A stretch of 64,000 bases of DNA from positions 25,825-89,824 of the forward strand of contig OMXP01000001.1 in NCBI GenBank assembly GCA_900315055.1. The letters are read 5' to 3'. Under the pieces are notes generated by a model. The model worked only from the letters and a program-made list of their open reading frames with translations, had not been told where the DNA came from and searched no databases. The DNA comes from an uncultured Lachnospiraceae bacterium (GTDB lineage Bacteria; Bacillota; Clostridia; Lachnospirales; Lachnospiraceae). Shown piece after piece: positions 22,045-32,265 of this stretch; positions within the stretch are counted from its first letter, which is position 1; each line of letters opens with the position of its first letter. Position numbers and translations under genes: made by a program.

Positions 22045-23346
22045 ATGGATCAGGAACGCATAAACATCTATGAAATGCTTGGAATCTCCGAGGAAGTTCT
22101 GCGCTTTGCAGAGCCGATCCTGGATTCGATCAAGGACCGGTTTGAGGCCATCGACCGGACGGCGGAGCTCAATCAGCTTCGGGTCATTGAGGCGATGCAG
22201 TACGCCCACGTCGGCGAGGCAAACCTCAAGGGAACCACCGGCTACGGCTACGATGACATCGGCCGCGACGGTCTGGAAACCGTCTATGCCCGCTACTTTC
22301 ACACGGAGGACGCGCTGGTGCGCCCGCAGATCACCTGCGGCACCCATGCCCTCGGCATTGCCCTGTCCGGAAATCTTCGTCCCGGCCAGAAGATGCTCTG
22401 CATCTCCGGCGCCCCGTACGATACGCTGGAAGAGGTGATCGGCATCCGGAAATCCCGAGGCTCCCTCGCGGAGTACGGTATCTCCTACGGCCAGATCGAC
22501 CTTCTGCCCGGAGATCAGTTTGATCTTGAGAGCATCCGGAAGGCCCTGACACAGGATGCGGAGCATAAAATCCACCTCGTCGAGATGCAGCGCTCCATCG
22601 GCTACTGCCTAAGACACGCGCTCTCCATGGATCAGATCAGAGAGGCGATTGAAACCGTAAAGAGCGTCCGCCCGGACGTCATCTGCATGATCGATAACTG
22701 CTACGGAGAATTCACGGAGACGAGAGAGCCCTCCGACTGCGGAGCCGACATGGTCGTCGGGTCCCTCATCAAGAACCCGGGCGGCGGCCTTGCTCCTCTT
22801 GGCGGGTATATCGCCGGCACGAAGGAGTGCGTCGAGAACGCCGCCGTTCGCCTCATCACCCCGGGACTTGGCAAGGAGGTCGGCGCATCCCTTGATGTTC
22901 TGCCGTCGTTCTACCAGGGCTTTTTCGAGGGACCTGTCGTCACCGCCGCTGCCCTCAAAGGTGCGCTCTTTGCAGCTGCCTGCTACGAAAAGCTCGGCTT
23001 TACCTGCCTTCCTTCCTCGACAGATCCGCGTCATGACATCGTGCAGTCGATCACGTTCGGAACCCCCGAGGGCGTCATTGCCTTCTGCCAGGGGATCCAG
23101 GCCGCGGCCCCTGTGGACTCGTTTGTTTCCTGTGAGCCTGCCCCGATGCCCGGCTATGACAGCGATGTCATCATGGCAGCCGGTGCCTTTGTCTCCGGCT
23201 CCTCGATGGAACTTTCTGCCGACGGTCCGATCCGTCCTCCGTATACGGTGTACTTTCAGGGGGGACTCACCTGGCCCCATGCAAAGCTCGGTATCCTGAA
23301 AACACTCCAGAACATGCACGAGAGGAACCTTGTCCGGCTGCCGTGA
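22045..23346 (+). CDS. YnbB-like PLP-dependent protein (methionine gamma-lyase / aluminium-resistance family)
   Basis: TTGYGYDDIGRD, VRPQITCGTHAL, DNCYGEF, GSLIKNPGGG and GSSMELSADGP. Conserved position after miaA. Confidence 0.88.
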   Translation: MDQERINIYEMLGISEEVLRFAEPILDSIKDRFEAIDRTAELNQLRVIEAMQYAHVGEANLKGTTGYGYDDIGRDGLETVYARYFHTEDALVRPQITCGTHALGIALSGNLRPGQKMLCISGAPYDTLEEVIGIRKSRGSLAEYGISYGQIDLLPGDQFDLESIRKALTQDAEHKIHLVEMQRSIGYCLRHALSMDQIREAIETVKSVRPDVICMIDNCYGEFTETREPSDCGADMVVGSLIKNPGGGLAPLGGYIAGTKECVENAAVRLITPGLGKEVGASLDVLPSFYQGFFEGPVVTAAALKGALFAAACYEKLGFTCLPSSTDPRHDIVQSITFGTPEGVIAFCQGIQAAAPVDSFVSCEPAPMPGYDSDVIMAAGAFVSGSSMELSADGPIRPPYTVYFQGGLTWPHAKLGILKTLQNMHERNLVRLP

Positions 23347-23461
23347 GATTCTTGCGCACATAAAGACCTGCGAAGTAAAATAGAACATCGGAACGCCTCA
23401 CGGGGAGCAGGCGTTTCTCTGGAAGGCGTATGATAACCATTTTGGGAGAGGCCCGGAATGG

Positions 23462-24202
23462 GTGACTATGGCCAACAACATCAATACCATCGACGAATCC
23501 ATGCCCTACGAGCGCTTCCTGAAGTACGGCCCGAAGGCACTGACCAACACGGAGCTTCTCGCCATCCTGATCCGCACCGGAACGAAGGAAGAGGGCGCTG
23601 CCGCCCTCGCATCGAAGATCCTGAACTACAGCTTTCAGGAGGGCGCCGGGAAGGAGCGCCCCGCGGGGATTGCGGCAAAGGCAAGAGGACTCTCTGTCCT
23701 CTATGATCTCTCGCTCCAGGATCTCATGGCAATCAGCGGCATCGGGGAGGTAAAGGCGGTCCGCCTGAAGACCGTCGCGGAGATCGCCCTTCGCATCTCG
23801 CAGGAGAAGCGCTCGGGGAGTCTTTCGTTTACGAGCCCTTCTTCCGTTGCGGAATACTATATGGAGCGCATGCGGCACGAGGACCAGGAGCATGTGATCC
23901 TCATTCTTCTTGACACGCATCTGCACTACCTGTGCGATGAGGTCTTAAGTGTCGGGACGGCGGAGCGTGCCTTCGTCTGCCCCCGCGATGTCTTCCGCCT
24001 TGCCCTGCGCAGCAAGGCGACCAATCTCATGCTGCTGCACAATCACCCGAGCGGGGATCCGACCCCCTCGGACTGTGACATCAGCCTGACCAAGCGCATC
24101 CATGAGCTCGGAGAGGAGCTCGAGGTCCATCTCGTGGACCACATCGTGATCGGTGACAACAGCTATGTCTCGCTTCGGGAGTGCGGTGTCATCGGATCCT
24201 GA
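23462..24202 (+). CDS. radC: RadC family JAB-domain protein
   Basis: PYERF...G...L...ELLAILIRTG, GIGEVKA and HNHPSGDPTPS..D...LVDHIVIG motifs. Confidence 0.93.
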   Translation: MTMANNINTIDESMPYERFLKYGPKALTNTELLAILIRTGTKEEGAAALASKILNYSFQEGAGKERPAGIAAKARGLSVLYDLSLQDLMAISGIGEVKAVRLKTVAEIALRISQEKRSGSLSFTSPSSVAEYYMERMRHEDQEHVILILLDTHLHYLCDEVLSVGTAERAFVCPRDVFRLALRSKATNLMLLHNHPSGDPTPSDCDISLTKRIHELGEELEVHLVDHIVIGDNSYVSLRECGVIGS

Positions 24203-24228
24203 TTCTGTATCATCGGAGGACGTTTCCC

Positions 24229-25308
24229 TTGGGTCTTTTTTCCAGAAACCGTTCCGAGGAAGACCAGCAGCTGGCGGAGATTTCCTATCTTCGCCGCCTG
24301 AATATCTCAGGCAATGCCTATGGCATCGACCTCGGTTCCTGTAATATCAAGCTCTACAGCAAATCCACCGGGCGCATCAGCGTCCAGAAAAACATGATCG
24401 CCATCCGCGGGCGGGAGAGTACCATCGCCTGCGGAAATGCGGCCTATGAGATGTACGAGAAAGCGCCATCCAGCATCACGGTGTCCTACCCGATCATCGG
24501 CGGCGTCATCGCCGATATCTTCAGCATGGAGGAAGTGCTGCGCGCGATGATGCGCTCCCTGCAGAAGGGAGCGCTGCGTCCCGCGGACTTTGTGATCAGT
24601 GTCCCCACCGACGTGACTGAGGTGGAACGGCGTGCCTTCTATGACCTCATCAAGGAAGCAGGCGTGAAGGCAAAGAATGTCGTCGGCGTGGAGAAACCGA
24701 TCGCGGACGCCCTGGGTCTTGGCATCGATGTCAAGAACTGTCAGGGGGCTCTCATCGTCGATGTCGGATACGACACGACGGAGATCTCCGTTCTCTCCAT
24801 GGGCGGCATCGTGCTGACAAAGCTCTTAAAGACCGGCGGCCATGTCTTTGACAACGCCATCATCTCGGCGGTGCGCCGCGAGTTCAACCTTGTCATCGGC
24901 AACAAGACCGCAGAGACCGCGCGCCTTGCCCTGGGACAGCGCAAGGTTCCGCAGATCTCGATCTACGGGCGCGATGTTGTGACGGGACTGCCGACCCAGA
25001 AGATCCTGACACAGGAGTTCGTTCTCACGTCCCTCTCCGAGTACATCAATTCGATGGTGGAACAGGTGCGCGTGATGCTCGAGCGGACCCCGCCGGAGCT
25101 CTCCGCCGATATCTACCGTCAGGGAATTTTCGTAACCGGCGGTGCCTGCCAGCAGGAAGGTCTCGTCGAATGCATGCAGGATACCCTGAACCTGAACATC
25201 AATGTTGCGGACTCCCCGGTGCACACCGTGGCCCTCGGACTTGCCCAGGTCATCAACAAGCCGCATTACCGGAGCCTTGCCTACATGATTGAAGGTCTTG
25301 GACAGTAA
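24229..25308 (+). CDS. mreB: Rod shape-determining actin homologue MreB
   Basis: GIDLG, PIIGGVIAD, TEVERRA, IVDVGYDTT and TGG motifs. In-frame TTG at 24229 preceded by GGAGG (24215-24219). Confidence 0.9.
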   Translation: MGLFSRNRSEEDQQLAEISYLRRLNISGNAYGIDLGSCNIKLYSKSTGRISVQKNMIAIRGRESTIACGNAAYEMYEKAPSSITVSYPIIGGVIADIFSMEEVLRAMMRSLQKGALRPADFVISVPTDVTEVERRAFYDLIKEAGVKAKNVVGVEKPIADALGLGIDVKNCQGALIVDVGYDTTEISVLSMGGIVLTKLLKTGGHVFDNAIISAVRREFNLVIGNKTAETARLALGQRKVPQISIYGRDVVTGLPTQKILTQEFVLTSLSEYINSMVEQVRVMLERTPPELSADIYRQGIFVTGGACQQEGLVECMQDTLNLNINVADSPVHTVALGLAQVINKPHYRSLAYMIEGLGQ

Positions 25309-25323
25309 GGGGAAGATGGATTC

Positions 25324-26280
25324 ATGAGTCCAATGTCTAGAAAACGAAACGACCAGGGCAGACCGAAGATCCCGGGCAGATATTTCCTGCTTCTTGTCAC
25401 GGCCATCTGTGTTTCCCTCATCGTAATTACGTACCGCTTTGACGTGGTCTCGACGTTTCTCAACAACACGGTGAGCTTTCTCGTCGTGCCGTTCCAGAGC
25501 GGGATCTCCAAGGTGGGAACCTACTTTGTCGACCGCAAGCAGCTCTCCGACAGCATCGATACGCTGCAGCAGCAGAACGAGCAGCTGACAAAGGAGAATG
25601 AGACGCTCTCCCAGGAGAATTCGGACCTGACCCAGGAACTCTCGGAGCTCGATGAGCTGAGGTCCCTCTATGAACTCGACGGAACCTACGGCTCCTATGA
25701 GAAGACCGGAGCCCGCGTCATCGCCAAGGATACCGGCAACTGGTACCACGCCTTTACGATCAACAAGGGATCGGACGACGGAATCGAGGTCGACATGAAC
25801 GTCATTGCGGACGGCGGCCTTGTCGGGCGCATCACCAGCGTCGGGACCGACTGGGCAAGAGTCGAGACCATCATCGACGATGACTCCAATGTATCTGCCA
25901 CCGTGCAGAATACGAGCAGCAACTGCATCGTCTCCGGCAATCTGACCCTGTACGGTCAGGGCACCATTGAATTTGCCCGTCTTACCGATACGCAGAACCT
26001 CGTCAACGTCGGCGACCGGGTTGTCACCAGCAACATCTCCGACAAGTACCTGCCGGGCATTCTCATCGGCTATGTCAACCGGATCCAGAAGGATCCGAAC
26101 AACCTGACAAAGTCCGGTCTTCTGACACCTGCGGTCGATTTTTCCCATCTTGACACGGTTCTCGTGATCATGACAAAGAAGCAGACCGTGCCGGAGGAGG
26201 CACAGGAAGAAAGTACGCAGACAGACACGCAGGCAGCGGATGCTTCCACCGAGGCTTCCACGGAGGCAGCAAGCCAGTGA
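25324..26280 (+). CDS. mreC: Rod shape-determining protein MreC
   Basis: N-terminal TM helix, coiled coil, ARVIAKD..NWY...TINKGS.DGI, GLVGRI, and VVTS...YLPGILIG motifs. Confidence 0.93.
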   Translation: MSPMSRKRNDQGRPKIPGRYFLLLVTAICVSLIVITYRFDVVSTFLNNTVSFLVVPFQSGISKVGTYFVDRKQLSDSIDTLQQQNEQLTKENETLSQENSDLTQELSELDELRSLYELDGTYGSYEKTGARVIAKDTGNWYHAFTINKGSDDGIEVDMNVIADGGLVGRITSVGTDWARVETIIDDDSNVSATVQNTSSNCIVSGNLTLYGQGTIEFARLTDTQNLVNVGDRVVTSNISDKYLPGILIGYVNRIQKDPNNLTKSGLLTPAVDFSHLDTVLVIMTKKQTVPEEAQEESTQTDTQAADASTEASTEAASQ

Positions 26281-26831
26281 AAAAGGTCAAAACAGTCATC
26301 TTTGTCTTCGTGTGCGTGATCCTGTGCTTTGTGCTGCAGAGTACCATTCTCTCCCGTCTGTCCTTTGGCGGGGTGCAGGCAAACCTCATGATCATCGAGA
26401 CCGCGGCCTTTGCCTTCTGCCTCGGCGATGTCGGAGGACTTTTCGTCGGATTCTTCTCGGGGCTTCTGTGCGATATCTTTTTCGGACCGCTCATCGGATT
26501 TTATGCCCTCGTTTATGCCTTCATCGGCTTCATGGCCGGCAAGTTCAAGCGCCTGCTCTACGCAGAGAGTCTGACCTTCCCCCTTGCCCTGGTCGGCGGG
26601 TGCGACGTGGTCTACACGTTCCTCAGCTTTGTCTTTCTGTTTATGATGCGGAACCGCATGATTCTGCCGGACTTTTTCATCTCCTGCATGCTGCCGGAGC
26701 TTCTCTACACACTGGTTCTCTCGGTATTTGTCTATCCTGCGATCGTAAAGCTCTATGAGCTTGTCACGAGACCACCCAGAAAGAGCCAGTCAAAGAGACG
26801 TCCCGGACAGGGATTCACCACCATCCGATGA
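26277..26831 (+). CDS. mreD: Rod shape-determining protein MreD
   Basis: Hydrophobic multi-TM protein with GLFVGFFSGLLCD, directly after mreC. Confidence 0.88.
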   Translation: MKKVKTVIFVFVCVILCFVLQSTILSRLSFGGVQANLMIIETAAFAFCLGDVGGLFVGFFSGLLCDIFFGPLIGFYALVYAFIGFMAGKFKRLLYAESLTFPLALVGGCDVVYTFLSFVFLFMMRNRMILPDFFISCMLPELLYTLVLSVFVYPAIVKLYELVTRPPRKSQSKRRPGQGFTTIR

Positions 26832-26889
26832 AAAAACCAGCCGATGGCTGGTTTTCCTAAAGGAGAAAATCTTTCAGAGGTCAGACATC

Positions 26890-29742
26890 TTGTTTGAAGG
26901 ATTACACAACGACAACGATAACCGCAGAAAGCTGACCGGAACAGGACTTCGCCTGCTCCTGGTCATGATTCTCATCCTTGCCCTCTGCGCAGGGCTGATC
27001 TACCGCCTCTTTACGCTGCAGATCGTCAACGGTGAGAACTACCTGAACAGCTTTCAGCTGCGGATCCGGAGAGAACTCTCCATCCCCTCGACCCGCGGCA
27101 ACATCTATGACAGGAACGGAAACCTTCTGGCCTACAATGAACTTTGCTACTCCGTGACCATCCGGGATCTTGGCGAGGAGAGCGGCACCGAGCACTCGAA
27201 GACGCTCAATGCGACCATCTCGCAGGCCATCGACATCATTGAAAATCACGGTGATGCCGTCACGGCATCCATCGACATTTCCTACGATGCAGACAGCGAC
27301 GACTATGCCTTCACTGCTTCCGGTGCGACGCTTCTTCGCTTTCTCGCGGATGTCTACGGCTATCAGAGCACCGATCAGCTGTCCGACAAGGAGCGCGCAA
27401 AGACCGCGGCCGACGTGGTGGCGGACCTTGCCTCTTCCTATTCGATTGATACAGCATCGGACGGGTTGACCAAGCAGAAGGTTCTGCAGATCGTCACGGT
27501 CCGCTACCTCATGAATCTCAACAGCTATCAGAAGTACGTCTCGACCACGATTGCCTCCGATGTCAGCGACAGCACGGTCGCGGCGATCATGGAGAGCGCG
27601 GACTCCATGGACGGCATCGACATCGAGGACGACACGAAGCGCGTCTACGTGGACGCGAAGTATTTCTCTCACCTTCTTGGCTACACCGGCACGGTATCCT
27701 CTTCGGAGCTCGAGGAACTGCAGAAGACCAATCCCGACTACGACGCCAACGACATCGTCGGGCAGAGCGGCATCGAAAAGGCCTATGAGAGCGTCCTGCA
27801 GGGCACGAAGGGAACCGAGACCGTCTACGTCGACAACCTCGGCAAGATTCTGGAGACGACGGATATCACACAGCCGGTGAGCGGCGATGACGTGTACCTG
27901 ACCATCGACAAGGATCTGCAGGAGGCTGCCTACGATATCCTCGAGAAGAAACTCGCGGACATTCTGGTGGCCAAGCTCGACGATGTGAAGACCTATGAGA
28001 AGGGTGAGAACGACGACTCTACCTCGATGCGTCTTGCAATCTACGATGTCTATTTCCAGATGATCAACAACAACGTGCTGGACATGTCGCACTTTGCCGC
28101 GGATGATGCAAGCACCACGGAGCAGGCGGTCTATCAGACCTTCACGAACTATCAGGCAGGGGTGCTCTCCGCGATCCCGGACATGATCCTAAACAGTACG
28201 ACTGCCTATCAGGACCTCGATGATGAGCACAAGGAATACGAGAGCTATATCGTCCAGTACCTGAAGGACGAGGGCGTGCTCGACACGGAGAAAATCAACA
28301 CCGACGATGCGACCTACATCGCCTGGACGACGGACGAGACGATTTCTCTCCATGAGTTCCTTCTCTACTGCATCAGCCAGAACTGGATCGACGCCTCCCT
28401 TCTTTCAATGGACGGCTCCTACACGGATACCGACGGCGTGATCCAGGCAATCTCCGATTATCTCGTAAAGAACCTTGCCTCGGATGACGGATTCTCCAAG
28501 GCGATCTACCACTGGCTGATCCAGTACGACTCCGTAACCGGTGTCCAGATCTGCCTCATGCTCGGCGATCAGGGGGTGCTGACCATTGACGATGCCGAGC
28601 GCGGGAAACTCACGATGGGACAGGAGAGTGCCTACGACTTCATGCTGACGCGGATTTCCGCCCTTGACATCACTCCGGCACAGGTTGCCCTGGATCCCTG
28701 CACAGGATCCTGCGTCATCACGGATCCGAACAACGGCGATGTGCTGGCTCTCGTGACGTATCCCGGCTACGACAACAACAAGATGGCAAATGGCGTCGAT
28801 GCGGACTACTATGAGAGTCTTCGTAACGATGAGTCGAACCCGCTCCTCAACTACGCCACGCAGCAGCGCACGGCCCCCGGCTCCACGTTCAAGCCGGTTA
28901 CCGCGACCGCTGGTCTCATGGAAGGTGCCATCACGACGAACACGGAGTTTACCTGCAACGGATACTTTACGAGGATCGGCTCCCCGTATCCGAGATGCTG
29001 GATCTATCCCGCAGGCCACGGAACCCTCAATGTCTCCGGCGGCATCACGAACTCCTGCAACGTGTTCTTCTACAACGTGGGTTATGAGCTCTCCCTCGAT
29101 GCAGACGGATCCTATGACTCGGCAAAGGGCGTGGAGACGCTGGCAAAGTACGCCGACCTGTACGGCCTTGGCGACAAGTCGGGCATTGAGATCGACGAGG
29201 CAGACTCCCTGGTCTCCACCGAGGACGCCGTCCGTTCCGCCATCGGCCAGGGCAGTGCCGCCTACACGACGGTGGATCTTGCAAGATATGTGACAACCAT
29301 CGCAAACCAGGGCACCTGCTACTACCTGACCCTCATCGACAAGGTCAAGGACTCCGACGGAAATGTCGTCGAGGACAACAGAGCAACCGTCCGGAACAAG
29401 ATCGACATGGACTCATCCTACTGGGACGCGATCCGGACCGGCATGGAAGGCGTTGTCGATGACAAGACCTACTTTGATGAGATCCCGGTACAGGTCGCCG
29501 GAAAGACCGGTACCGCACAGGAATCCGATCAGCGGCCCAACCACGCGCTCTTCATCAGCTTTGCGCCTTCCGAAAACGCCAGTATCGCGATGGCGGTGCG
29601 TGTCGCCTACGGCTATACCTCGGATTATGCGGCGCAGATTGCGGAGGAGATTTATTCGTATTACTTCGGAGTCCACACGCTCGACGAGATCGTCGGCGAT
29701 ACGGAGGGCATAACGGACAGCTTTGTAACGGCGGGAGACTGA
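26890..29742 (+). CDS. mrdA: Class B penicillin-binding protein 2 (elongasome transpeptidase)
   Basis: TM anchor, RG.IYDRNG, transpeptidase PGSTFK (SxxK), SCN and KTGTAQ. Likely TTG start at 26890; the ORF is open from 26755. Confidence 0.9.
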   Translation: MFEGLHNDNDNRRKLTGTGLRLLLVMILILALCAGLIYRLFTLQIVNGENYLNSFQLRIRRELSIPSTRGNIYDRNGNLLAYNELCYSVTIRDLGEESGTEHSKTLNATISQAIDIIENHGDAVTASIDISYDADSDDYAFTASGATLLRFLADVYGYQSTDQLSDKERAKTAADVVADLASSYSIDTASDGLTKQKVLQIVTVRYLMNLNSYQKYVSTTIASDVSDSTVAAIMESADSMDGIDIEDDTKRVYVDAKYFSHLLGYTGTVSSSELEELQKTNPDYDANDIVGQSGIEKAYESVLQGTKGTETVYVDNLGKILETTDITQPVSGDDVYLTIDKDLQEAAYDILEKKLADILVAKLDDVKTYEKGENDDSTSMRLAIYDVYFQMINNNVLDMSHFAADDASTTEQAVYQTFTNYQAGVLSAIPDMILNSTTAYQDLDDEHKEYESYIVQYLKDEGVLDTEKINTDDATYIAWTTDETISLHEFLLYCISQNWIDASLLSMDGSYTDTDGVIQAISDYLVKNLASDDGFSKAIYHWLIQYDSVTGVQICLMLGDQGVLTIDDAERGKLTMGQESAYDFMLTRISALDITPAQVALDPCTGSCVITDPNNGDVLALVTYPGYDNNKMANGVDADYYESLRNDESNPLLNYATQQRTAPGSTFKPVTATAGLMEGAITTNTEFTCNGYFTRIGSPYPRCWIYPAGHGTLNVSGGITNSCNVFFYNVGYELSLDADGSYDSAKGVETLAKYADLYGLGDKSGIEIDEADSLVSTEDAVRSAIGQGSAAYTTVDLARYVTTIANQGTCYYLTLIDKVKDSDGNVVEDNRATVRNKIDMDSSYWDAIRTGMEGVVDDKTYFDEIPVQVAGKTGTAQESDQRPNHALFISFAPSENASIAMAVRVAYGYTSDYAAQIAEEIYSYYFGVHTLDEIVGDTEGITDSFVTAGD

Positions 29743-29744
29743 GC

Positions 29745-30620
29745 ATGGATCAGGTGCGGATCAGACAACAGAAAGACGGGATCAGCCTTTACATCCCGAC
29801 AGAGGGTTCCTTCCACGAAGTCCGCGCCGAGGTAGAGGAGAAGTTCAGAGAGTCTGCCGCCTTCTTCGGAGATGCGGTCCTGACACTCACGTTTGAGGGG
29901 CGCTCCCTCTCCCATGCGGAGGAGAACACCATCGCGGCAACGATCGAAGCAGTGACAAAGCTGAGGATCCTCTGCATCTATGACCTTGGTGAGGATGGCA
30001 TGGAGCACAACGTGAGGGCATGTCACATCGCAGAGGAGGATATCCTCATGGAGGCCGCAAAACGGCGCGGCTGGCGGTATAACCCTGCGACGGGACTGCC
30101 GGAGATGGACGATGCGGTAAAGGAGACTTCATGCGAAGAACAGCCTGCGGTATCCATGTCTTCCATTCCCTCCCTTCCTTCCGGCATCACACCCTTCATG
30201 AGCTTTCCCGGGAACCTGAAGAGCGGAGAGTCGTATAAGACAAAAGAGAACATCCTGGTCCTCGGCAGCATCGAGGATGGCGCCGCGCTCTGGACGGAAA
30301 AGAACGTCATCGTCATCGGCGGGATCTTTGGCGCCGTGCGCGCGGGGGAATCCTCGGAGCACGGACACTTCGTCCTTGCGGGGACTTTGTCTCCCAGGCG
30401 CCTTGTCATCGACGGCATAAAGTGGGAGGGAAGCAATCCAAAGGGAAGCCTGTTTTCCTCCCTTCGAAAGCGCAAAACACCTTCTGCCAGGCTTGCCTAC
30501 GCGGAAGATACCGGTGTCGTGGTCGTGGATGCCACGGAGGAAAATCTCTCCCTGATCGTTTCGGCGTCCGATTTTTCGAGCAAGGATCCGGAGAAGTATC
30601 TGAAAAACACTGACTTATGA
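29745..30620 (+). CDS. minC: Septum site-determining protein MinC, diverged
   Basis: Syntenic position after pbp2. N-terminal 'F.EV...V.EKF.ES..FF......LTFEGR.LS..E' and a C-terminal beta-helix-like region. Confidence 0.75.
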   Translation: MDQVRIRQQKDGISLYIPTEGSFHEVRAEVEEKFRESAAFFGDAVLTLTFEGRSLSHAEENTIAATIEAVTKLRILCIYDLGEDGMEHNVRACHIAEEDILMEAAKRRGWRYNPATGLPEMDDAVKETSCEEQPAVSMSSIPSLPSGITPFMSFPGNLKSGESYKTKENILVLGSIEDGAALWTEKNVIVIGGIFGAVRAGESSEHGHFVLAGTLSPRRLVIDGIKWEGSNPKGSLFSSLRKRKTPSARLAYAEDTGVVVVDATEENLSLIVSASDFSSKDPEKYLKNTDL

Positions 30621-31789
30621 GAACTCTGTTTACAACCTTTAAGATCAAACGTTTTGATTTTGTCCTGCTGTTTCTGATCCTTTGCCTGAACCTCATCGGC
30701 ATTGCGGCGATCGGCTCCGCCAATGCCTCGGTGCAGGGCAGACAGATCTACGGCACCATTGCGGGCATCATCATCATGTTCCTGACCTCCGCCATCGACT
30801 ACAAAAGGATTCTGAAACATTACTGGATTCTGTACGGCATCTGCGTCCTGTTCCTGCTTTCCGTCCTTGTTTTCGGTGATTCCGCAGGCGGTGCACAGCG
30901 CTGGCTCGTGGTCGGAAGACTCAGGTTCCAGCCCTCCGAAGCAGCCAAAATCCTGTTGATTTTATTCTATGCCCAGTTTATTATGAAATATAAGAGTCGG
31001 ATGAAATCTGTACTCTTCGACATTTTTCTCGTTCTCATCGCCATGCCTCCGCTGTTCCTGATCTACAAGGAACCGGACGGATCTACCACCGTCATGATTT
31101 TCGTGATCATAGCCATGATGATGTTTATCGGCGGAATGAACGGAAGGTTTGCCGCAGGGGTACTGATCATTGCGATTCCGGCGGTTGTGATCTTCCTGTT
31201 CATGGTGATACAGGACGGATCCTCCCTGCTTGAGGGCTACCAGCGGATGAGAATCCTCGCATGGCTCCATCCGGAGGACTACGCAACGACCTATGCCTAC
31301 CAGACGATGAATTCGATCATGGCCATAGGTTCCGGTCAGCTGACAGGCAAGGGATACAACACCAATGAGTTCAACTCGGTTCTCGGTTCGGGCTATATTT
31401 CCGAGTCACAGACGGATTTCATCTTCACGGTAATCGGTGAGGAGTTCGGTTTTGTCGGTTCCTGCACGGTGGTGCTTCTGGTGACTCTGATCACCATACG
31501 TCTGATCTGGAATGCGAAGGAATGCAAGGACCTTGGAGGGTGCCTGATCGCGGCAGGTATGGGGACCTGGATCGGCCTGCAGGGCTTTTGGAACATCGGT
31601 GTGACAACGGGAGTCACCCCGAACACCGGCCTCCCGCTTCCATTTGTCAGCTATGGTCTGACATCGCTGTTATGTCTGTACTTCGGTATCGGCGTCGTAA
31701 TGAATGTCCGCATGCAGAATGACAGACGCCGGCAGGCTTCGGAGCTCTATCTGAATCTTTCCGGAAGTGCGGTGCACCACAGTCTGTAG
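30617..31789 (+). CDS. rodA: SEDS family peptidoglycan polymerase RodA
   Basis: GGAQRWL, FQPSE.AK, YQ..RI, Q...AIGSG, ESQTDFIF..IGEEFG and TGLPLPFVSYG motifs. Confidence 0.93.
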   Translation: MRTLFTTFKIKRFDFVLLFLILCLNLIGIAAIGSANASVQGRQIYGTIAGIIIMFLTSAIDYKRILKHYWILYGICVLFLLSVLVFGDSAGGAQRWLVVGRLRFQPSEAAKILLILFYAQFIMKYKSRMKSVLFDIFLVLIAMPPLFLIYKEPDGSTTVMIFVIIAMMMFIGGMNGRFAAGVLIIAIPAVVIFLFMVIQDGSSLLEGYQRMRILAWLHPEDYATTYAYQTMNSIMAIGSGQLTGKGYNTNEFNSVLGSGYISESQTDFIFTVIGEEFGFVGSCTVVLLVTLITIRLIWNAKECKDLGGCLIAAGMGTWIGLQGFWNIGVTTGVTPNTGLPLPFVSYGLTSLLCLYFGIGVVMNVRMQNDRRRQASELYLNLSGSAVHHSL

Positions 31790-31866
31790 CAGTCCATCAG
31801 GGAAGCCGGCGGCAGGATTCATGGCATCTTAAGTTGAACATCTAACGGAAGTGGGGAAGCAAAAAC

Positions 31867-32265
31867 ATGACGATTGCACTGGTAGCACATGACGCAAAAA
31901 AGAAACTGATGCAGAACTTCTGCATCGCCTATCGCGGAATCCTTTCTCGAAACGATCTCTATGCGACGGGTACGACGGGCAGGCTCATCGAAGAGGTGAC
32001 GAATCTCTCGATCCACAAGCTTCTCGCGGGACACCTCGGCGGAGAGCAGCAGATCGGCGCCATGATCGAGAACAATGAAATCGATCTTGTGATCTTCCTG
32101 CGCGATCCGTTCAGCGATGCCAAGAAGCATGAGCCGGATGTCAACAACATCGTGCGTCTGTGCGATATTCACAATATCCCGCTGGCAACGAATCTTGCAA
32201 CAGCGGAGCTGTTAATCAAATCTTTGGACAGAGGAGATCTCGAGTGGCGTGAAATGTACAAGTAG
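31867..32265 (+). CDS. mgsA: Methylglyoxal synthase
   Basis: IALVAHDAKK, ATGTTG, GGEQQIG, HEPDV and RLCDIHNIPLATN motifs. Confidence 0.96.
   Translation: MTIALVAHDAKKKLMQNFCIAYRGILSRNDLYATGTTGRLIEEVTNLSIHKLLAGHLGGEQQIGAMIENNEIDLVIFLRDPFSDAKKHEPDVNNIVRLCDIHNIPLATNLATAELLIKSLDRGDLEWREMYK

Noticed and set aside
23385-23400. GAAC-atcg-GAAC upstream of radC as a possible LexA box
   Set aside because: It is a direct repeat, not the GAAC-N4-GTTC palindrome of Firmicute SOS boxes.
30950-31450. More AT-rich codons in the middle of rodA
   Set aside because: Largely explained by Phe/Ile/Met-rich TM segments; no boundaries or repeats indicating a recombined patch, and not quantified.
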